64,000 nucleotides of DNA from a bacterium (GTDB lineage: Bacteria; SZUA-182; DTGQ01), in the NCBI GenBank assembly GCA_040752695.1, contig JBFMGO010000003.1, positions 32,001-96,000 on the forward strand, in the 5' to 3' direction. A model generated the notes under the pieces. That model did not search any database, was not told the DNA's origin, and saw only the letters and a list, made by a program, of their open reading frames with translations. Of this stretch, positions 58,986 through 64,000 are shown in pieces; the first letter of the stretch is position 1, and each line of letters starts with the position of its first letter. A program made the position numbers and the translations under genes.

Positions 58986-59732
58986 ATGCTTATTATACCG
59001 GCCATTGACCTTATAAATGGGGAATGTGTTCGTTTATTTCAAGGGAGAGAGGAGGAAAAAACGGTATTTTCTTCCTCTCCGCTGGAAATAGCCAGAGACT
59101 GGCAGGAGCGGGGTGCAGAGCTCATCCATATCGTAGATCTGGACGGAGCTTTTTCCGGAAGCCCGCAGAATCTTTCGACCATCATGCGGATCGTTCAGGA
59201 ATTGGACATTCCGATCGAGGTGGGTGGTGGAATCCGGACTTCGGCCATGGCCAGAACTATTTTGGATTCCGGAGTTGAGCGGGTCGTCCTCGGGACCATC
59301 GCTTTCATAGAGCCCATGCAGGTCAAGATTCTGTGTCAGGAGTATCCCGGACGTATTTCACTGGGAATCGATACCAAAGACGGCAAGGTAGCCATTCACG
59401 GATGGAAGGACACAACCCATGCCCAGGCACTCGAATTCTGCCAGCAGATTGCGGACTGGGGTGTCCGGAATATCATTTTTACTGACATCCGAACTGACGG
59501 GACCTTGCAGGGACCCAATATCGAAGCCATCAAGACTATGGTTGAAAATGTCGATATTCCACTCATTGCCTCTGGGGGCGTATCCGGTATGGATGATTTA
59601 AGGAACCTGTCTGAACTGGAACCCCTGGGTCTTGAAGGGGTCATCATTGGCAAGGCGATTTATACAGGCGGTGTTAACCTGCGAGAGGCGATCAGGTTGT
59701 ATCAAGCCCACAGACCAAGCCAGGTGCATTGA
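58986..59732 (+). CDS. hisA: ProFAR isomerase
   Basis: IIPAIDL..G.CVRL.QG, HIVDLDGA, VGGGIR, TDI..DGTL.GPN, IASGG. Confidence 0.96.
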   Translation: MLIIPAIDLINGECVRLFQGREEEKTVFSSSPLEIARDWQERGAELIHIVDLDGAFSGSPQNLSTIMRIVQELDIPIEVGGGIRTSAMARTILDSGVERVVLGTIAFIEPMQVKILCQEYPGRISLGIDTKDGKVAIHGWKDTTHAQALEFCQQIADWGVRNIIFTDIRTDGTLQGPNIEAIKTMVENVDIPLIASGGVSGMDDLRNLSELEPLGLEGVIIGKAIYTGGVNLREAIRLYQAHRPSQVH

Positions 59733-59753
59733 AATTAAAATGGTGACTCGACT

Positions 59754-60512
59754 ATGTTAGCCAAAAGAATTATTCCCTGTCTGGATATCAAAGATGGCCG
59801 GGTAGTAAAGGGAGTCAGCTTTATCAACCTCCGGGATGCAGGAGACCCGGTTGATGTAGCCAGGATTTACGAGTCGGAGCAGGCGGATGAGATTGTATTC
59901 CTTGACATCACCGCCTCACACGAAAAGCGGGACATCATTCTTGAGGTAGCCAGGAGGACTTCCGAAATGGTATTTATGCCTCTCACCATCGGCGGAGGTA
60001 TTCGGACTCTCAAGGATATAGAGCGACTTTTAAAGGCCGGAGCGGATAAGGTCTCCATCAATACCTCGGCGGTTGAAAACCCGCAACTGGTCCGCCTGTC
60101 TGCCGAATACTTCGGCAGCCAGTGTATTGTCGTGGCTATCGATGCCAAGAAAAACGGTCCATCCTCATGGGAAGTATTTACGCACGGCGGCAGGACTCCG
60201 AAGGGAATCGATGCTCTGGCCTGGGCCAAAGAGGTCGAGTCCCTGGGCGCCGGAGAAATCCTTTTGACCAGCATGGATCAGGACGGCCAGCAGAACGGCT
60301 ATGATCTTGCCATGGTACGGACCATTTCCGAAGGCGTCCAGATCCCGGTCATCGCTTCGGGCGGAGCAGGCACTCTTGAGCATCTTTACCAGGCATTTAC
60401 CGAAGGAAAAGCGGATGCTGTTCTGGCAGCATCGATCTTCCACTACCGCACCTTTACCATTTCCCAGGCCAAAGCCTACTTGAAAGAGCGGAACATCCCT
60501 GTTCGAATGTGA
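59754..60512 (+). CDS. hisF: Imidazole glycerol phosphate synthase cyclase subunit
   Basis: RIIPCLD...[33 protein letters not shown]. Confidence 0.97.
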   Translation: MLAKRIIPCLDIKDGRVVKGVSFINLRDAGDPVDVARIYESEQADEIVFLDITASHEKRDIILEVARRTSEMVFMPLTIGGGIRTLKDIERLLKAGADKVSINTSAVENPQLVRLSAEYFGSQCIVVAIDAKKNGPSSWEVFTHGGRTPKGIDALAWAKEVESLGAGEILLTSMDQDGQQNGYDLAMVRTISEGVQIPVIASGGAGTLEHLYQAFTEGKADAVLAASIFHYRTFTISQAKAYLKERNIPVRM

Positions 60513-60830
60513 CCGGCATGTGATCGGAAGGAGTACAGGGAAAAAGGACGGCGCTTTAAGAGCAGGCAGCTCGCATGTACTGCATTGAGCAAAGATCAAG
60601 TCATAACATCATATATCATAACATTACAGTATACAGCAGGGGACACCAGCCTATGGAGCATTAACCGATGGAACATAACCATTGGAGACGGCCATCCTTT
60701 CGGTCTCCCGATGCCTCCCTATAAAGAATGGGCGCCCGCCCTGGGCGCCCGTTTCTATTACTCCGCGTTTACTATTACTCCGCTCGCGTACTACTATCCT
60801 TCTTTCTTATCTTTCCTCTCTTATCGGGCC

Positions 60831-61751
60831 TTACACAACTGGTGTTGCCAAGGTCACCTCAAAAGATCCTGTCTCGAGGATAGTAAAAGGATTCTTCGTC
60901 AACGTATAATTACCAGCTCCCTCAGTCGGCGAGAGGACAGTGCCGACAATTTCAAGATCAATCGGCTGACCGCCAAGACCAGTGGCGGTGCCGTTGAGAA
61001 TCACTTGATTATTGAGCCGCTGACCGCTTACTTCAACCAGGGTCGGAAGTGTGGCATTACCTACCAGCTGAACATAACCGTAAAGCAGGGTAGGTGTAAT
61101 GGGATCCTCAATCAGGTTGATGGTTATAATGCCGCTTGCCACACCACTCGACCAGACTCCTTCCCATGTACCCGCTTGCTCGGTTAACCCATTCGTTAAT
61201 CCGCCAAGGCTTGCTCCGTACAGCCCGCCAAAGAGGCTGCTGTATAAGCTACTATAAAGGCTGCTGCCATATAAACCACCATACAGCCCGCCGCCGCCAT
61301 ACAATCCACCGTATCCACCGTAGAGACCGCCGCCCAATAATCCACTATAGAGCCCGCCTAAGAGGCTGCTGCCGTATAGGCCGCCCAGGAGGCTGCTGCC
61401 ATATAGGCCGCCCAGGAGGCTGCTGCCGTATAAACCGCCATACAGCCCGCCGCCCCCATACAATCCACCATATCCACCGTAGAGACCGCCGCCCAATAAT
61501 CCACCATACAGTCCGCTATAGAGGCTGCTGCCGTATAGGCCGCCCAGGAGGCTGCTGCCGTATAAACCGCCATACAGCCCGCCGCCCCCATACAATCCAC
61601 CATATCCACCGTAAAGACTGCCGCCCAATAATCCGCCGCCATAACTATAGTAGGCACGTGCAGTTCCATGGGACATCATCATGAGAGCAAAGAGCAGGAA
61701 AAAGGAAAAGACAAGAAGAGTATGACGGGCATGTTGGGTAGAAGAATTCAT
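60831..61751 (-). CDS. Secreted Gly/Tyr/Leu-rich repeat protein with small C-terminal beta domain
   Basis: Signal peptide ending ARA; ~150 aa of GGLYG/GGYGG/GSSLL repeats in three larger blocks; C-terminal EQAGTWEGVWSS domain. Confidence 0.8.
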   Translation of the reverse strand: MNSSTQHARHTLLVFSFFLLFALMMMSHGTARAYYSYGGGLLGGSLYGGYGGLYGGGGLYGGLYGSSLLGGLYGSSLYSGLYGGLLGGGLYGGYGGLYGGGGLYGGLYGSSLLGGLYGSSLLGGLYGSSLLGGLYSGLLGGGLYGGYGGLYGGGGLYGGLYGSSLYSSLYSSLFGGLYGASLGGLTNGLTEQAGTWEGVWSSGVASGIITINLIEDPITPTLLYGYVQLVGNATLPTLVEVSGQRLNNQVILNGTATGLGGQPIDLEIVGTVLSPTEGAGNYTLTKNPFTILETGSFEVTLATPVV

Positions 61752-62021
61752 CAGATAATCTCCTTATTACAGAGCGCAGAGAACTTTATCACTGAGCACA
61801 GGAACCCGAGAAAGCACATGAACCTCATTACAGAACACAGGAACTTCATCACAGAGAGCAAGAGAACCTAAAGGAAAAACAATCGTACCGCCTGTCCCCC
61901 ATTAACCTGACACTACATCTTCCAACCACTCACCACTCTCGGATGCTGTACACCTCCTTCAAGCATTTCAAGGGGCTTGATCCTTAATCGATTTACCGTT
62001 AGCTTCATACTGGTCTTTTCA

Positions 62022-62038
62022 AGCAATATCGATACCAG
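62022..62038 (-). promoter_or_regulatory. Candidate sigma-54 promoter for the Gly/Tyr-rich protein
   Basis: Minus strand reads ctGGtatcgatattGCt (GG-N10-GC). Confidence 0.5.
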
Positions 62039-62309
62039 GGGCGGGGAGGCAATTCGTAAGGCAGATAATCCGATATCTTTTCACTGTTTTGATCGGAGAG
62101 ACCCCTCAGGTGTTTTTACCCTGGCAGGGCTGTCATAAAAGCTGTAATTTCTGTGTATAATATTTATAAGTAACCTCCTTCACTCTCCCGCAAGGCGCCT
62201 TGAGGGAAGGAGAATGAGCTGCTCAAACACAACCGATTGCTCTGCGCCGCGCTTATCCCTGTGTCTTTGAGTGCCTGGTATGGCTGCTTTTGTATTATCG
62301 CTTACGGTT

Positions 62310-64000
62310 TCATTGCATCGTTAGTGAGTTGACGATCGACCGCACTGATTCGGCCTGTGGGTGATAAGGATTAAGGCGCAGAACCTCACGGTAGTGCTCC
62401 ACTGCTTTTGGGTAATCCTGAAGGCGGTAGAAGAGTCCGGCAAGGCTGAAGTGGATATCCGCAGGATGAATCGGGGATTGTGGCACTTCCCCGGTCAGGC
62501 GGAGAGCTTCCTGGTAATTGACAAGGGCACTTTTAAAGTCTCCCAGGAGCTCGCTGGCAATGGCCAGATAGAAATAGCCTCGCGGGTCTTTGGGTGAAAT
62601 TCCGGTGACCCGGCTATATTGCTCTTTTGCCATCCGGTAGCCTTCCAGAGTGCCATAGCAAAGGTAAACCTTGCCCAGGGAGAAATAGGCAGGTGCAAAG
62701 GACGGCTCCTGTTTGATGATAGAAGAAAACGTTTCTTCCGCAGCCTTTAGCTGGTTGGTCTGGGCATAGGCGACTCCCAGATTATGCTCGATCCTGAGCG
62801 ACTGGTCCTGCTCGTTACTCCACATTCTGGCCTGATACAGGTAGACGATGGCTTGCTGGGGATTTCCCTCATCGAGCAAAACGCTGCCCATTCCAAGCAG
62901 TGCCGGAGCAAACTGAGCTTCCAGCCGGATCGCCTGTAAAAAGAGTTCCCTGGCCTTTTGCAGGCTCTCTTCCCGCTCTTGCGGACCGGGTGTTTTTTGG
63001 GCCTCGATCATATAGGTATTGGCCAAAAAGGTAGCAGCCCAGTGGTTATTGGGGTCTTGAGCCAGGGCATCTTCCCATAAAGAGCGGTCATCACGCCAGA
63101 CACGGTTTCTGGCCAGGGTCAGGGAGCAGTACGACACAATAACTCCGGCCAAAAGAAGTATACAGACAGCCTGAAGCAGCCCCCTGCTTTCCCTCGATCG
63201 CGCCCACCTGATGCAGGCGAAGGCAATGAGCCCAAAAGCCAGCCCGTATCCCACAGAGGGCAGGTACATATACCGGTCCGCCATCTGGGTGCTGGTAGGA
63301 ACCAGATTGGCCACCGGCAAAAGAGTGATCAAAAACCAGATGCCGGGAAAAGCCAGATGTCTCTTCCCCCTCCACCACAAAAGGACCAATCCGCCCAGAA
63401 AGAGCAAAAGCAAAAGCGCATACACAAAATAGGAAGGGGTGATGAGGTCGGAACTCTTGAGCACCCGGAATACATAACGGCTGGACAGACCAAGGGGAAG
63501 GATCAGTTTCCCAAGGTAGAGAACCAGAACCTTTACGGTTAAAAGGAGTGAGAGCAGGAAAGAGTCTCCCACATAATGCATAACCTGAGCGGTCTGGGCC
63601 CGGTAGGTAGCTGCTGCCAAAAGACCGGCGAGAAGAAAAAAGGGAATAATCGCCTTCCACCGGAGCGGGTCCTCCTTTTCATGAAAGCAGAACTCCAGCA
63701 GCACAAGAATCAGGGGCAGCGTTACCGTCACCGGCTTGGCGAGTAAAGCCAGGCCAGCCCCCCCTACAGAACAGGCATACCAGGGCCAGTGCCAGGACCG
63801 GCGCTGACTTGTCTTCTTTCGGAATCGGCTGTACGCATACAGTGAGAGGAAGAAGAAAAAGGCCGAGAGAACATCTTTTCGCTGTGAGATCCAGACCACG
63901 GACTCCACGTGAATCGTATGTACCGCGAAAATGGCTCCTGCCGCAAGGGCAACCCCATAGATCCGGTACCACTCGAAGATAAGGAGAAAGACCAGAATAC
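62310..64000 (-). CDS. TMTC-like multi-TM plus TPR protein (putative GT-C O-mannosyltransferase); 5' end lies outside the window
   Basis: Frame open to the window edge (..AIFAVHTIHVESVVWISQRKD); LAK, ADRYMYLPS, RNRVWRDD..LW, then TPR repeats. Confidence 0.85.
   Translation of the reverse strand, partial: ILVFLLIFEWYRIYGVALAAGAIFAVHTIHVESVVWISQRKDVLSAFFFFLSLYAYSRFRKKTSQRRSWHWPWYACSVGGAGLALLAKPVTVTLPLILVLLEFCFHEKEDPLRWKAIIPFFLLAGLLAAATYRAQTAQVMHYVGDSFLLSLLLTVKVLVLYLGKLILPLGLSSRYVFRVLKSSDLITPSYFVYALLLLLFLGGLVLLWWRGKRHLAFPGIWFLITLLPVANLVPTSTQMADRYMYLPSVGYGLAFGLIAFACIRWARSRESRGLLQAVCILLLAGVIVSYCSLTLARNRVWRDDRSLWEDALAQDPNNHWAATFLANTYMIEAQKTPGPQEREESLQKARELFLQAIRLEAQFAPALLGMGSVLLDEGNPQQAIVYLYQARMWSNEQDQSLRIEHNLGVAYAQTNQLKAAEETFSSIIKQEPSFAPAYFSLGKVYLCYGTLEGYRMAKEQYSRVTGISPKDPRGYFYLAIASELLGDFKSALVNYQEALRLTGEVPQSPIHPADIHFSLAGLFYRLQDYPKAVEHYREVLRLNPYHPQAESVRSIVNSLTMQ

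Noticed and set aside
61136..61684. His/Arg/Cys-rich and alternative-frame repeat ORFs
   Set aside because: They are frame and antisense by-products of the Gly/Tyr repeat gene, which has the signal peptide and RBS.
1..64000. tRNA or rRNA genes
   Set aside because: None recognised by eye; a covariance-model scan would be needed to exclude them firmly.

Overview
Genomic window from an apparently anaerobic, diderm bacterium; the taxon cannot be determined from the sequence alone. From left to right it holds: (1) a minus-strand CO-oxidation cluster, comprising a group-4 [NiFe]-hydrogenase small-subunit/ferredoxin fusion, a large subunit, cooF and the 5' part of cooS (missed by the ORF track), with no membrane-arm genes; (2) many secreted or surface proteins (serpin lipoprotein, LVIVD-repeat protein, di-heme cytochrome c, matrixin, S8 protease, TPR-barrel protein, beta-helix-cohesin-dockerin protein, Gly/Tyr-rich repeat protein); (3) two toxin-antitoxin pairs; (4) an NTP-transferase / degenerate AsnB / flavoprotein trio; (5) a hybrid histidine kinase; (6) an unannotated CxxU AhpD/CMD-like selenoprotein candidate with a SECIS-like hairpin, next to an Fe-S protein; (7) a 9-gene MoxR-DUF58-SpoIIM-RDD operon led by two B-box-like zinc-finger genes and split by a decayed integrative element whose att repeats are still visible; (8) an oxidative-stress operon (rubredoxin-FNR fusion, rubrerythrin-type protein, desulfoferrodoxin); (9) TetR plus methyltransferase, nagA-slt, a D-aminoacylase, hisCBHAF and a partial TMTC-like gene. 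Short tandem duplications at gene starts and ends recur throughout. All family assignments are by motif recognition only; no searches were run.
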